This document shows, in pieces, positions 1 through 11,806 of a stretch of DNA of 64,000 nucleotides. This DNA is from an uncultured Acidobacteriota bacterium. Its GTDB lineage: Bacteria; Acidobacteriota; Blastocatellia; RBC074. A program made the position numbers and the translations under genes. Location of the stretch: NCBI GenBank assembly GCA_963796275.1, contig CAWCKY010000006.1, forward strand, positions 192,001-256,000. The letters run 5' to 3'. The notes beneath the pieces were generated by a model. That model did not search any database. It was not told the origin of the DNA and saw only the letters and a program-made list of their open reading frames with translations. Numbering within the stretch: position 1 is the first letter of the stretch; every line of letters begins with the position of its first letter.

Positions 1-1
1 A

Positions 2-1654
2 GGGGCCCACGACAGCTTCTTCGATCTGGGCGGACATTCGTTGCTGGCCACGCAGGCAATCTCACGCGTGCGCGAGGCGTTCGGGTTAGAACTGCCACTG
101 CGAAGCCTCTTTGAGGCGCCGACGGTCGCCGGGTTGGCGGAGAGCGTCGAGGCGGCGATGCGCGCCGCACAAGGGCTTCAAGCCCCTCCCATTGTGGCTG
201 TTTCGCGGGACGGGCGCCTGCCACTCTCTTTTGCACAACAACGGCTTTGGTTCATGGACCAGTTGGAACCGGGCAACCCCGCTTACAACATACCCAGCGC
301 CATTCGCCTGAGCGGGGAACTGGACATCACAGCGCTGGAGCAGAGCCTGAACGAAATCGTTCGCCGACACGAGAGCCTGCGGACGACTTTTGTAACGGCC
401 GACGGGCAACCGGCGCAGATCATCACCCAGTATTCGCCACGGACCTTGCCACTGCTCGATCTCAGTGAACTCTCCGAGACCGAGCGAGGAGCGCAGGTCG
501 GCAAGCTGGTCGCCGAAGAGGCTCTGCGACCGTTCGATCTGTCGCGCGGCTCATTGTTCCGCATCTACCTGCTCAAGTTGGATGAAACGGAGCACATCGC
601 GCTATTTTCAATGCATCACATCATCAGCGATGAATGGTCCCTGGGAGTACTGGCGCGTGAGTTGGCGGCGCTTTATGCGGCCTTTCGTCATGGCCAGCCC
701 TCGCCGCTCACGGAACCACCCATTCAGTATGCCGATTTCGCCCATTGGCAGCGAGAATGGCTTCAGGGGGAGGCGCTTGAAGCTCAGCTTGGATACTGGC
801 GGGAGCGGCTTGGCGGTAAGCTCCCGGTGCTTCAACTACCGTTCGATCATCTGCGTCCGGCGGCGCCGTCCTATCGCGGCGCCACCCGTTCATTCGCCCT
901 GTCTCCCGCAGTATCCGCCTCGCTCAAGGCCCTGAGCCGCGAGGAAGGCGCCACGCTGTTTATGACGCTGCTGGCGGCCTTGCAAACCATGTTGCATCGC
1001 ATTACCGGCCAGGATGACATCGTCGTGGGCACGGACGTGGCCAATCGCAACCGGCTGGAGACCGAGGGGCTGATCGGGTTCTTCGTCAATCATCTGGTCC
1101 TGCGGTCCGACCTGAGCGGCAATCCGGGGTTTCGCAGGCTGCTGAGGCAAGCCCGTGAAGTGACATTGGGAGCTTACGCTCATCAGGATTTGCCTTTCGA
1201 CAAGCTGGTGAGCGCTTTGCGCATGGAACGGAATCCTGGCCAGACGCCGTTATTCCAGGTCTTGTTCGTCTTCGGCAACCCGGCGCTGCCCACCTTGGAG
1301 CTCCCAGGGTTGACGTTGAGTCCCTTGCGATCCGATCTGATCTTATCGAAATACGATCTGACGCTGTTTATGAGCGATAAGGGACAGAGCATCGGTGGCC
1401 TCTGGCGATACAGCTCCGAGCTGTTCGAGGCCGCCGCCATTGCGCGAATAGGCCGTCACTTTGAGACTCTGTTGGGAAGTATCGCCGCCAATCCCGATGT
1501 CCGGCTTGATAGCCTGGAGATGCTCACCGAAGCGGAAAGGCAGCGACAGGATGGCGAGGAGAGGGAGCGGCGGGAGGATAGGGCCAGGAAGTTGAGAAGC
1601 GTCCGCCGGGAATCCGTTGATCTCGGGGACGCCGGTTCAGCGCCGAGCGCGTAA
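2..1654 (+). CDS. NRPS, 5'-truncated by window edge: PCP plus terminal condensation domain (LCL type)
   Basis: Frame open from base 2: [16 protein letters not shown] (PCP), [40 protein letters not shown]; ends in a charged tail with no A domain. Confidence 0.93.
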   Translation, partial: GAHDSFFDLGGHSLLATQAISRVREAFGLELPLRSLFEAPTVAGLAESVEAAMRAAQGLQAPPIVAVSRDGRLPLSFAQQRLWFMDQLEPGNPAYNIPSAIRLSGELDITALEQSLNEIVRRHESLRTTFVTADGQPAQIITQYSPRTLPLLDLSELSETERGAQVGKLVAEEALRPFDLSRGSLFRIYLLKLDETEHIALFSMHHIISDEWSLGVLARELAALYAAFRHGQPSPLTEPPIQYADFAHWQREWLQGEALEAQLGYWRERLGGKLPVLQLPFDHLRPAAPSYRGATRSFALSPAVSASLKALSREEGATLFMTLLAALQTMLHRITGQDDIVVGTDVANRNRLETEGLIGFFVNHLVLRSDLSGNPGFRRLLRQAREVTLGAYAHQDLPFDKLVSALRMERNPGQTPLFQVLFVFGNPALPTLELPGLTLSPLRSDLILSKYDLTLFMSDKGQSIGGLWRYSSELFEAAAIARIGRHFETLLGSIAANPDVRLDSLEMLTEAERQRQDGEERERREDRARKLRSVRRESVDLGDAGSAPSA

Positions 1655-1700
1655 GCAAGCGGTGCTTGCGTGCTCAACTGCTCGCTGTCGCGCTCGGCGC
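1640..1700. repeat. REP-like hairpin overlapping the NRPS stop codon
   Basis: gcgccgagcgcg ... cgcgctcggcgc inverted arms; similar half-element agtgccgcgagcgtaagcaagcgg near 6851. Confidence 0.6.
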
Positions 1701-1802
1701 CGTCGGTGAACTATGAAATGAGAAAGGGAGAGCATTTTCCATTTATCATATGAGATTTGCTGGTTACATCGGATTTTGTGGGTGACTTGAAATATGAAGC
1801 CT

Positions 1803-1974
1803 AGCGCTGCAAAGGTAGCCAGATAAAAGCCAGGGGTGAAAACCCTGGGAAAATTTCGGTGTTCTTCGACCACTGTAAGGGCGAAAACGGGTTCTCCCGC
1901 CCTTACAGGCTCGCATCGATTATGACATGTTTCCAGGGGCACCCCTGGCTATTATCTGGCTCACCTTCAGCGCT
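1803..1974. repeat. REPIN-like composite inverted repeat
   Basis: agcgctgcaaaggtagccagataaaagccaggggtg pairs imperfectly with cacccctggctattatctggctcaccttcagcgct. Confidence 0.65.
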
Positions 1975-2216
1975 CCCAAATGAAACACCCACAAAATCCG
2001 CTGCGGCCAGGAGATTTGAGATTGCCCGCAGCCATCTCGGCCAATGCCCGATGAACATTGATCAACATCTCTCTTTTCAACACTAAAGGTCAAAGGCACA
2101 AAAGGTCAAAGAAAAATCGGGAAGGGAATGACTAACGACCTTTCTGAGACGTTGACCCTTTGAAACTTTGACCCCTTTGTATTTGAGCTCGATTTTTTCA
2201 TGCGCCAAAACGAAAT

Positions 2217-5200
2217 ATGAAAGGTTATCGAATTTCCTCGCAACAAAAACGCCTCTGGCTGCTGCCGCAAGGGAGCCCAGCTTATTGCGCTCAGTGCGCC
2301 ATTCTGATCGAAGGGGATCTGCATACCAGGAGTTTAAAGACGGCTCTGGAGAAAGTAATCGCTCGCCACGAGATTCTCCGGACATCTTTTTATCATCCGC
2401 ACGGAATGAAATTCCCGTTTCAGGTTATCGCAGACGAGGGAGCGCCATCGTGGCGGGAGCTTGATTTTAGATGGCTGGGCCCTGATCAACAGGAATCCCA
2501 GCTCGAAGCTCTATTACAGGAAGAATGGGACCGTCCTTTCGTTTTCGAGGATGGCCCACTTCTTCGCGTCTCGCTGCTCGCTCTGTCGGCGGACAGGCAT
2601 GCTCTGCTGATTACACTGCCCTCGCTATGCGCCGACGCAAGGACACTCGAGAACCTGACGCGGGAGATCGGCCATTTCTATGGCGCCTGTTTTCACGACC
2701 GACCGCCGCTCGCAGCGCCGTTGCAGTATGTTGATTACGCCGAATGGCAGCGCGAATTGTCTGAAACGGAAGACGTCGACGCCGCGAATGGCCGCGAATA
2801 TTGGAGCAGGCAGAATATATCTTCCCTGTCCGCGTTGAAGCTTCCTTTTGAGGTCGAGCCGGATAGCGCTGCGAGATTTGTGCCCGGCTCTTTCTCTCTG
2901 AAGATAGATGCAGATTTGGTTGCCGAGCTTGACGCGGCCGCGCTGAAGTGCGGGACCACGGCAGAGGTATTCCTGCTGGCCTGCTGGCAGACGCTGATCT
3001 GGCGGCTCACGGGCGAGCCGGACATTCTTACCAGCCACGTTCGCGACGGCCGAAGAGATAGCGGTCTGCAAGAAGCCTTCGGAGTTTTTGCCAGGAGCCT
3101 GCCGGTCAAATCTCATTTCGCGGAGGATACTTCGTTCAGCGAAATCCTGTCGCAAGTCAATGAGGCTTCGCTCAACAGTTACGAGTGGCAAGACTACCGC
3201 ACCTGGGAAGATCTGCCTGAAGACTCGACGGTCAGCCCAGACTCTCCGTTCGGCTTTGAATTTGTCGAATGGCCCGCGACCAATTCCGCGGTCGGCGTCT
3301 CATTCACGATCCATAAACTGCGCAGCGTCATTCAGCAATTTAAGCTGCGGTTGAGTTGCGCCCGCGCGGGCGTCTCTCTCACCGTCGTCGCGCATTACGA
3401 CCCTGCTCGCTACGAGCGCGAGGATGTCGAACGCCTCGTCCGACACTTCGCCATACTGGTCGGGAGCGCCGCCAGTGCCCCCGACACCCTGGCCACCGAG
3501 CTCGATCTGCTCGGCCCCGATGAGCGGCGACGACTGCTCCTTGAGTTCAATCAAACCGCCGCCGATTATCCCCGCGATCGGCTCATTCATCAGTTGTTCG
3601 AGCGGCAGGCGGCCTGGATTCCCAACCGGACGGCCGTGGTTTGCGCGGGACGGCGGTTGACCTATGCCGAGCTGAACGTGCAGGCCAATCGGCTTGCGCG
3701 CCATCTGCGCCGGCGCGGAGTGGGAGCGGGAGTCCGAGTCGGGCTGTGTGTGGATCGCTCCGTGGAGATGATCGTCGGCATCCTGGCGATCCTTAAAGCC
3801 GGCGGCGCTTACGTGCCGTTGGACGCCGAGCATCCACGATCGCGCCTGGCCGCGCAGTTGGAGGAGATCGCGGCGCCGGTCGTGCTGACGCAGGCGGCGC
3901 TGCTCGAAAAACTGCCTGAGTTCGCGGGCGAGGCGCTGTGTCTGGATCAGGATTGTGAGTTGTGGGCCGAGGAGGCAGAGACTGATCTGGAATGCGTGAC
4001 CGGGCCTGAAGACCCGGTCTATGTGATCTACACGTCTGGTTCGACCGGCGCGCCGAAGGGAGTGGTGGTCCGCCATCGCGGGTTGGTCAATTACACTCAA
4101 TACATCTGCGGGCGGTTAAAACTGGCTGACCCGAAGAACGCTGATGGATTGCGTTTCGCAACGGTCTCGACGATCACGGCGGATTTGGGCAACACATGTG
4201 TCTATCCGTCGCTGATCTCCGGCGGTTGTCTGCACGTGCTGACTATCGAGACGGCGACGGACGGGAGGTTGATGGCGAGCTATGTGGCTAAGTATCCGAT
4301 AGACGTATTGAAGATCGTGCCGTCGCACCTGAATGCGCTGCTGGCGTCGCAGCCCGCGGGGAAGAACATCCTGCCGAGGAAGTATCTGATATTGGGCGGA
4401 GAGGCGTTGTCGCGCGAGTTGGTGGAGCGGATAACCGCTCAGGCGGCCTGGTGCGAGGTGATCAATCACTACGGCCCGACGGAGACGACGGTCGGATCCT
4501 CTGACGGCGACTGTGAGCCAGAAAAAGGCTATGAGACGGGCGACGGCGACGATTCCGATTGGGCGTCCGATAGGGAACACCGAGGTATTCATATTGGACC
4601 GGCATCTGAAGCCAGTCCCGATCGGAGTGGCTGGAGAGTTGTACATCGGCGGTGCGGGCTTGGCGGAAGGATATCTGAATCAGCCTGATCGGACGGCGGA
4701 GCGGTTCGTGAGGAACCCATATTCAAACGATCCTGACGCGAGACTCTACAAGACGGGCGACCTGGTAAGGTATTTGCCGGATGGCCAGGTGGAGTTTCTG
4801 GGTCGGACGGACAATCAGGTGAAGATCCGAGGATACCGGGTGGAGCTGGAAGAGATCGAGGTGATCCTCGGACGACATCCATCTGTGCGGCAGGCGGTAG
4901 TTATAGCGCGGGATGAAGAAGCGGGACGCAAGCGGCTGGTGGGCTATGTGGTCAGGAAGAATGGAAATGTCCCGAGCGCGAGTGAGCTTCAGCGCTATGT
5001 CAGTGAGCGGCTGCCGGATTATATGGCGCCATCCACAATCGTGACCCTGGAATCGTTGCCATTGACGGCGAATGGAAAAGTGGATCGTAAGGCGCTTCCG
5101 GCGCCCGATCAAGCGAGGAGTGAGAGAGAGTACGTCGCGCCGCGCACTCCGACCGAAGAACTGTTGGCGAACATTTGGGCGCAAGTTCTCGGAGTCAACA

Positions 5201-6831
5201 AGGTGGGAATTCACGATAACTTCTTTTCGGCGCTGGGCGGAGATTCGATTCTCAGCATTCAAATCATCGCCAGAGCCAATCAGGCAGGTCTCAAGCTTAC
5301 CCCCAGGATTATTTTCGAGCGTCAGACGGTCGCCGGGTTGGCCGAGGTGGCCGGAGCCGGTGCGACCATTGAGTCGGAGCAAGGCCTGGTGACTGGCGAT
5401 GCTCCGCTCACTCCCATCCAACGCTGGTTCTTCGAGCGAAATTTTACCGACCGGCATCACTGGAATCAGGCTCTGCTGTTTGAAGCGCGACAGGCCATGG
5501 AACCTGCGCTGTTGGAGAAGGTGGTGCGGCGGCTACTTGCGCATCACGACGCGCTTCGATTGCGCTTCGTTAATGAAGACTTGGGATGGCGGCAGTTCAG
5601 CTCCGACCTGGAGGGACCGGCGCCCTTTGCGCATCTAGACCTGTCGTCGCTCTCCGAGTCGGAGCAAAAAACGGCGGTTGAGGTCGCCGCTGCTGCGCTG
5701 CAAGCCAGTATGAACCTGTCGGAAGGGCCGCTCCTGCGGGTCGCCTTCTTCGATCGTGGCAAGGAGAAACCGTGCCGTCTGCTGATAGCCATCCACCATC
5801 TGGCTGTTGACGGCGTGTCGTGGCGAATCCTGCTGGAAGATTTACATACGGGCTATCAGCAGTTGAGTAGCGGGGCGGAATTCAAGTTGCCGCCGAAGAC
5901 GACCTCGTTCAAGCGTTGGGCTGAAAGGTTGGAGGAATACGCGCAGTCGGAAGCTTTACGACAGGAGGCGGCTTACTGGCTGACGGAGTCTAGCAAACGA
6001 GTCCGCCGCCTGCCGGTGGATTTTCCTGGGGGCGCTAACACCGTGGATTCATCCGCTACAGTGACGGTTTCGCTCAGCCAGGAGGAGACGCGAGCGCTGT
6101 TGCATCAGGCGCCGGAAGCTTACCGCACTCAGATCAATGAGGTGCTGCTGGCCGCTCTGGCGCAAGGCTTCGCCCGGTGGACCGGAGCGCGCTCTCTGCT
6201 GATAGACCTGGAGGGACATGGGCGTGAAGAGATCATCGAGGATGTAGTCCTCTGGCGAACGGTTGGCTGGTTCACTACCCACTTTCCGGTATTACTCGAT
6301 CTTGGGATTAGCGCTGATCCGGGCGCTGCCTTGAAGATAATAAAAGAGCGACTACGGGCCGTTCCGAACCACGGGATTGGGTATGGTGTGTTGCGCTACC
6401 TTAGCAGGAAGGAGGAGATCGTTGAGCCGCTGCGAGCGGCGCCTCAACCCGAGGTGAGTTTCAATTACCTGGGTCAGTTCGATCAGGCTTTGCCCGACAC
6501 CTCTCCGTTCCGGCCGGCCGGTGAATCCATTGGCCCTCTCCAAAGCTCAGGGGGAGAACGCAGCCACCTGCTCTATTTCAGTGGAAACGTAGCAGGGGGG
6601 CAGATGCGCCTGACCTGCATCTACAGCCGCAACCTTTATCGCAGCGCCACGATTGAAGAGTTGACCGGGAACATCGTGGACGCGCTTCGATCGATCATCA
6701 CTCATTGCCAGTCGGCTGAAGCGGGCGGCTTTACGCCTTCCGACTTTACGCTGGCGAGACTGGATGAGCGGAAGCTGGATCGAATATCCAGCCTTCTTGA
6801 TGAAATTGATGACATGCAGGAAGCAGAGTGA
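2217..6831 (+). CDS. NRPS module: interface (I)-type C-like domain - A(Asp) - PCP - E; 1-nt frameshift near 4500
   Basis: GYRISSQQKRLW and LPSLCAD in place of HHxxxDG; YTSGSTGAPKG; pocket code DLTKIGHVGK (Asp type); PCP GGDSILSIQ; E motifs HHLAVDGVSW, EGHGRE, RTVGWFT, FNYLGQ; COM tail FTPSDF. ORFs 2217-4688 and 4513-6831 join if one T is removed at ggatcc(t)ctgacg. Confidence 0.9.
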
Positions 6832-6894
6832 GAATAAATAACGTTTGAACAGTGCCGCGAGCGTAAGCAAGCGGTCAAATATCAGGAGGAAGGA

Positions 6895-8406
6895 ATGGTT
6901 CGCTTGACAAAATTAAGTTTCGGATTGGTTATCGGTTTAGTCCTATCTTTCGCCGGCTCTCCGCCCATTACTTCATCGAGCGCTTCGCAGGGCAGCGGAG
7001 TGATAGTAGTGAGTCCATTGTCCCATGATTTCGGCAGTATAGTGGAGCAAGTCCAGGAAGTAACCGGCGTGATTGAGGTGCTAAACGATGGGCCTTCAAA
7101 CCTGGTGGTGAATGAGCTTAGGATGGTGGGGCAGAACCCGATGGAGTTTCATTTTCTCGCCCAATGGCCGTTCACCTTGGCCCCGGGAGACCGACGCCAA
7201 ATTATAGTCAGCTTCGCGCCGACTTCTACAGGTCAAAAGGGGGCGGTGTTGCAGATCAGGAGCAGCGCCACGAACCAGGCGCAGGTGGATGTGCAGTTGA
7301 GTGGCAACGGTCTCAGTCTGGAGGGTTTGGGGCGGATTACTGCGTCAGCAACTTCAAACGTATCTAATCCGACCCCGGGCTCCTCGATTACGGTTGATGT
7401 CCGTGTTGATATGCGTGAGGCTAACCCGCCTGCTGATCTACTTCAATCCTACCAGGCCAGCCTGTCTTGGGATCCTGCGGTGTTGGATTTTCACGGATTT
7501 TCTCAAGGGGAACAGCCCTGGAGCAGTCCCGTGTCGATCAGTCAGTCAAGCGGCAATGCAACATGGCATGACGTAGCAACCGCCGCGGTGGGTGGTACGT
7601 TTTTGATTCTTCAACTCAAGTTCAGCGTGATTGGAGGGGCAGGTTCCAGCACTAACCTGAACCTGGAATTTTCGAGAATGGAAGGTAAAGATGTCGAGAG
7701 GCTTCTCCCCCTCTTAACCACTTCGGGTAGCACGGTCACGATATCGGCTCAGGCCGGTCCCCCGGACATCGCGGTTACTCCCGCCTCTTTCACTTACGGC
7801 GTTGTGACTGTCGGAGCGAGCAGCTTCCAGACATTTGTGGTCAGGAACGACGGCGCGCAGAGCTTGACGGTCAGTTCAACGGCGCTGGGAGGGCTGCATG
7901 CGAACCAGTTTTCGATCGAAATCGGAGGCGGATCATTCGTCTTGGCTCCCGGCGGGAGTCGAGAGGTGGTGATCGGTTTTAAACCGACTCGGACTGGGGC
8001 GAAGATGGCATTTTTGAACATCAGCAGCAATGATCCGGATGAACACACGTTCACCGTGACGTTGAACGGTAACGTTTCCGCGCCCGACATAGAGGCCACA
8101 CCATCCTCTCTCGCCTTCGGTAACGTGGTGGCAGGTTTACTCGTGACTAGGACTTTTACGGTGCGTAATCGAGGTACGGGCCTTCTTATTCTATCTATGT
8201 TCCAATTGGATGGGCATCAGCTTCAGTTCTCCTTCAATACCGCTACGCCAGTTATCCTGGGGCCAGGGAGTAGCAGGAACATCGTGATCAATTTCCACCC
8301 GAGCACAGTAGGAGCGAAGACCGCCGTTTTTGTTATAAGCTCGAATGACCCAGATGAGGGCACAGTCGAAATCCCGCTGAGCGGTAATGGAGTGACTGGT
8401 CAGTAG
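6895..8406 (+). CDS. Secreted/surface protein with three choice-of-anchor-D (ASH/Ig-like) repeats and a cohesin-like domain
   Basis: N-terminal signal peptide; three repeats with FG..V...N.G...L....F.P...G.K.A.L.I.S(NDPDE)...L.GNG; central YQASLSWDPAVLDF cohesin-like segment. Confidence 0.75.
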   Translation: MVRLTKLSFGLVIGLVLSFAGSPPITSSSASQGSGVIVVSPLSHDFGSIVEQVQEVTGVIEVLNDGPSNLVVNELRMVGQNPMEFHFLAQWPFTLAPGDRRQIIVSFAPTSTGQKGAVLQIRSSATNQAQVDVQLSGNGLSLEGLGRITASATSNVSNPTPGSSITVDVRVDMREANPPADLLQSYQASLSWDPAVLDFHGFSQGEQPWSSPVSISQSSGNATWHDVATAAVGGTFLILQLKFSVIGGAGSSTNLNLEFSRMEGKDVERLLPLLTTSGSTVTISAQAGPPDIAVTPASFTYGVVTVGASSFQTFVVRNDGAQSLTVSSTALGGLHANQFSIEIGGGSFVLAPGGSREVVIGFKPTRTGAKMAFLNISSNDPDEHTFTVTLNGNVSAPDIEATPSSLAFGNVVAGLLVTRTFTVRNRGTGLLILSMFQLDGHQLQFSFNTATPVILGPGSSRNIVINFHPSTVGAKTAVFVISSNDPDEGTVEIPLSGNGVTGQ

Positions 8407-8800
8407 CTAGTACTGTGGAAACAAAGTTTTTGATGTTTAAATGACGCTTCAAGTTCGAAACAGTACCGCGAGCAGTAGCGATCATGTCTCAATCAACTGA
8501 AGCGTGTGCAAATTAAAATCCAACAGAATCAATAGTCTCGCATCTCAGCGCCGGAGGCGCGTAATGTCTATAGCTCACGATCCTAACCATAACCTGAGCT
8601 CCGGAGGAGCGATATATGAATGCCTACATGTCGCTCCTCCGGAGCTCGTGAAACTTTGGTGATCGAATACTATAAATATCCCGCGCCTCTGGCGCTTAGG
8701 TCCGAAAATACTGATTCAAATTATCTTTTATTTGCACAGTCTTCATTCAACTGGCTCGGGTACAACGCTCGCTACCGCTCGCGGTACCGATTCGAACTTG
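8407..8800. mobile_element. Nested palindromic element A, copy 1 (REP hairpin with a MITE-like insert at 8498-8745)
   Basis: Outer arms cagtaccgcgagc / gctcgcggtaccg; inner ends tgaagcgtgtgcaaat / atttgcacagtcttca; core gagctccggaggagcga / tcgctcctccggagctc; near-identical copy at 12111-12501. Confidence 0.8.
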
Positions 8801-8810
8801 ACTCCCCGTC

Positions 8811-9222
8811 TATTGATATTCAGTTTGGTCGTTTAACGCCCATGCCGAATTGCTGCGTAGCGGCAGGGATGAGTCTAATCGGGCGTTTCAACGCCGGCAC
8901 CGGCATTCTTCGCCGCGTTAGCGGCGATTGAGTGTAGCCGTGGGTTTCAACCCACGGTAGACACGTGAGATTGTCCCCGCGTCGCGTCAGCGACGCTTGA
9001 CTCAACCGTCGCTGACGCGACGGGGAGCGTTTTCCTGGATTTCCGTGCGTTAAAACGCACGGCTACATTCACGCCGTCGCTACGCGACGAAGAAGGTGAA
9101 TATTTCGTACGAAAGTTTGGGCAATGATAAGGCGTTGAAACGCCGGGCTATATCCATAGCATCGCGTCGCGGCGGAAGCGGAGCAGGCAATCTTTGTAAA
9201 ACCGATTGCCTGAAGCCCAATA
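8811..9222. mobile_element. Palindromic element B, copy 1 (with an extra internal REPIN-like segment)
   Basis: Ends tattgatattcag / ctgaagcccaata; internal ccgtgggtttcaacccacgg and cgtcgcgtcagcgacg / cgtcgctgacgcgacg; shorter copy at 11801-12046. Confidence 0.75.
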
Positions 9223-9400
9223 AAACATCAAATAACTTAATTTACAAGAGTTTCTAGTACTTGCAAGAGCAGGAAAGCAAAAGGGCAAAAAAGGGGAGAC
9301 CTTCTCCCTTTCTTGCCCTTTTTGCTTCTCACGCTTCGGTTGTTTCATCCCCTGATGAAAATGAGGGTGAGTTTGAAGTCTTTGCAGGAGAGGCATCGCA

Positions 9401-11806
9401 ATGAAGAACGTTGAAGATATCTACCCTCTGTCGCCCGTGCAACAAGGGATGCTCTTCCATGCCGTGTATGATCCGAAGGGAGGCATGTATCTGGAGCAAA
9501 AGACCTGTACTTTGCACGGCGACCTTGATGTTACGTCATTTGAACGCGCCTGGCAGCGCGTGGTAGAGCGGCATCCAGTTTTACGGACTGCCTTTGTATG
9601 GCGAGGATTGGATGAACCGATGCAGGTTGTCCGCCATAAGGTAAAACTGTCCTGGACGCGGGAAGATTGGCGCAGGCTTTCGCCGGAGGAGCAGCAGGCG
9701 CAGTCGTCGGCTTTCCTGCAAATGGATCGAACGCAGGGCCTGGAACTATCCAAGGCTCCGCTGATGCGTCTGGCATTATTCCGTTTGGCTGATGACGCTT
9801 ACCAATTTACCTGGACTCACCACCACATACTTCTGGATGGATGGTCCATGCCCACCCTCTTTAAGGAAGTCTTCGCTTTTTATGAAGCGTTCCGGCAGGG
9901 CGCCGACCTGCACATGGAAAAGAGCCGTCCCTACCGGGACTACATCGCCTGGTTGCAGCATCAGGACCTCTCGCAAGCCGAGGCTTTCTGGCGGAATGAG
10001 CTTAAAGGCTTCACCACCCCAACTCCCTTGTGGGTTAGCCGGGATGGGTCGTCTGGCGATGATGAGATCTACGGCGAGCAACACTTGACATTATCCGAGC
10101 AGGAGACATTCGCTCTGCAGTCTTTGACGCAGCGGCATCAACTCACCATGAACACTCTGGTTCAGGGAGCTTGGGGGCTGCTCCTAAGCTGTTATAGCCG
10201 GCAAAAAGACGTGGTCTTTGGCTCTACCGTATCCGGACGTCCGGCTGAACTAGCCGGGGTCGAAACGATATTCGGGATATTCATCAATACCCTTCCTGTG
10301 CGAGTGCGGATAACAGCTCAGGCTCCACTACTACCATGGCTCAAGGAACTCCAGGCCCGGCAGGTCGAGATGAGGCAGTACGAGTATAGCCCGCTGGCGC
10401 AGGTTCAGGGCTGGAGCGAGGCGCCAAGGGGGCGCCCACTGTTCGAGAGCATTCTGGTGTTTGAGAACTACCCTGTAAATGGAGCCTCGGATGGGCAGAG
10501 TCCAAGCCTCAAGATAAGGAATTTTCAGGATCTCGCGAAGTTGAATTACCCGCTTGTGGTCAAAGCGTGGCTGAGTGCAACGCTCTCGTTGGGAACATTG
10601 CACGATGGCTATCTCTTTGACGACGCAACCATCGCTCGACTGCTGCGATGTTTGAAAATGCTTCTCAACAGCATGGCTGCCCGGCCCGAAGCCCAGCTTG
10701 GCGAACTAGAAAAAATCGTTATGGAAACGGAAAGGGGAGAGCGAGTTATGGAACAGAGAAAACGCAAAGAGGCCAATCTGGCGAGTTTCAGGCAGGTCAC
10801 GCCCAGGGCTGTCGGCCTGTCACGAGAAGAGGTGGTCAAGACCGGTTATCTAAAAGCCGATCAAACCTTCCCGCTGGTAATACAACCCGCGCTGGAAGAT
10901 ATCGATCTGGCGGACTGGGCCAAAGGCAACCTGAAATTTATCGAAGCGGAATTGCTGAAGCATGGCAGCATTCTTTTTCGCGGATTCGGCGTGAACTCGA
11001 CATCCGAGTTCGAGAGATTCGCATCGGCGATTCGCCCGGATCTGTTCGGCGAATACGGAGACCTGCCTCGCGAGGGAGTCAGCGACAAAGTCTACAAATC
11101 AACCCCTTACCCCGAGAACAAGACGATTCTGTTTCATAACGAAGGCTCGCACACGGACCGCTGGCCGATGAAGCAATGGTTTTACTGTGTGAAACCGGCG
11201 CAGGTGGGAGGAGAAACGCCGATCGTTGATTGTCGAAAGGTTTACCAGCGCCTCGATCCGAGGATCGTGGAAAACTTTAGGCGAAGGAAGCTGAGGTACG
11301 TCCGAAATTTCCACGAAGGCCTGGATGTGAGTTGGCAGACCTTCTTTCGCACAACCGAGCGGGCAGTGGTCGAGCAGGGCCTCCTCGCTCATTCGACGGA
11401 GTTTGAATGGACCAGCGACGGTGGGCTGCGTACCTATCAGATCAGTCCGGGCGTAGCCAGACACCCTAAGACGGGTGAAATGTCCTTCTTCAATCAGGTC
11501 CAGTTGCACCACATGGCTTTCCTGGATCCCGCGCTTCGTCACTCCGTCGAGTCTCTATTCAAGCCTGAATGGTTTCCGCGCAATGTCTCTTACGGTGACG
11601 GCTCTCCGATTGAGGATTCAGTTATGGAAGAGATTCTATCTGTGTACTGGGATACGGCGGTAGCCTTCCCCTGGAGTAAGGGAGACGTGTTGATGAATGA
11701 CAACATGCTGGTCGCGCACGCGCGCAACCCGTTTCAGGGGGAGCGGAAGATCGTGGTGGCGATGGCGGAAATGATGACGATTGATGATCTCCGCGATTCC
11801 TATTGA
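9401..11806 (+). CDS. Stand-alone condensation domain (DCL type) fused to a C-terminal TauD/SyrP-like Fe(II)/2OG beta-hydroxylase
   Basis: EDIYPLSPVQQGMLFH, HHHILLDGWS, VFENYP (DCL hallmarks); HGSILFRGF, ILFHNEGSH, GGETPIVDCR, DNMLVAHARNPF (HxE...H triad). Confidence 0.92.
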   Translation: MKNVEDIYPLSPVQQGMLFHAVYDPKGGMYLEQKTCTLHGDLDVTSFERAWQRVVERHPVLRTAFVWRGLDEPMQVVRHKVKLSWTREDWRRLSPEEQQAQSSAFLQMDRTQGLELSKAPLMRLALFRLADDAYQFTWTHHHILLDGWSMPTLFKEVFAFYEAFRQGADLHMEKSRPYRDYIAWLQHQDLSQAEAFWRNELKGFTTPTPLWVSRDGSSGDDEIYGEQHLTLSEQETFALQSLTQRHQLTMNTLVQGAWGLLLSCYSRQKDVVFGSTVSGRPAELAGVETIFGIFINTLPVRVRITAQAPLLPWLKELQARQVEMRQYEYSPLAQVQGWSEAPRGRPLFESILVFENYPVNGASDGQSPSLKIRNFQDLAKLNYPLVVKAWLSATLSLGTLHDGYLFDDATIARLLRCLKMLLNSMAARPEAQLGELEKIVMETERGERVMEQRKRKEANLASFRQVTPRAVGLSREEVVKTGYLKADQTFPLVIQPALEDIDLADWAKGNLKFIEAELLKHGSILFRGFGVNSTSEFERFASAIRPDLFGEYGDLPREGVSDKVYKSTPYPENKTILFHNEGSHTDRWPMKQWFYCVKPAQVGGETPIVDCRKVYQRLDPRIVENFRRRKLRYVRNFHEGLDVSWQTFFRTTERAVVEQGLLAHSTEFEWTSDGGLRTYQISPGVARHPKTGEMSFFNQVQLHHMAFLDPALRHSVESLFKPEWFPRNVSYGDGSPIEDSVMEEILSVYWDTAVAFPWSKGDVLMNDNMLVAHARNPFQGERKIVVAMAEMMTIDDLRDSY

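Noticed and set aside
8620-9005. Short ORFs within repeat elements (also 11803-12021, 27012-27257, 39906-40127) as peptides or RiPP precursors
   Set aside because: They are translations of palindromic repeats with no SD or leader/core pattern
8407-9222. CRISPR array or integron attC cassette array
   Set aside because: Repeats are nested inverted elements, not equal direct repeats with unique spacers; no cas or integrase gene and no clear attC core sites
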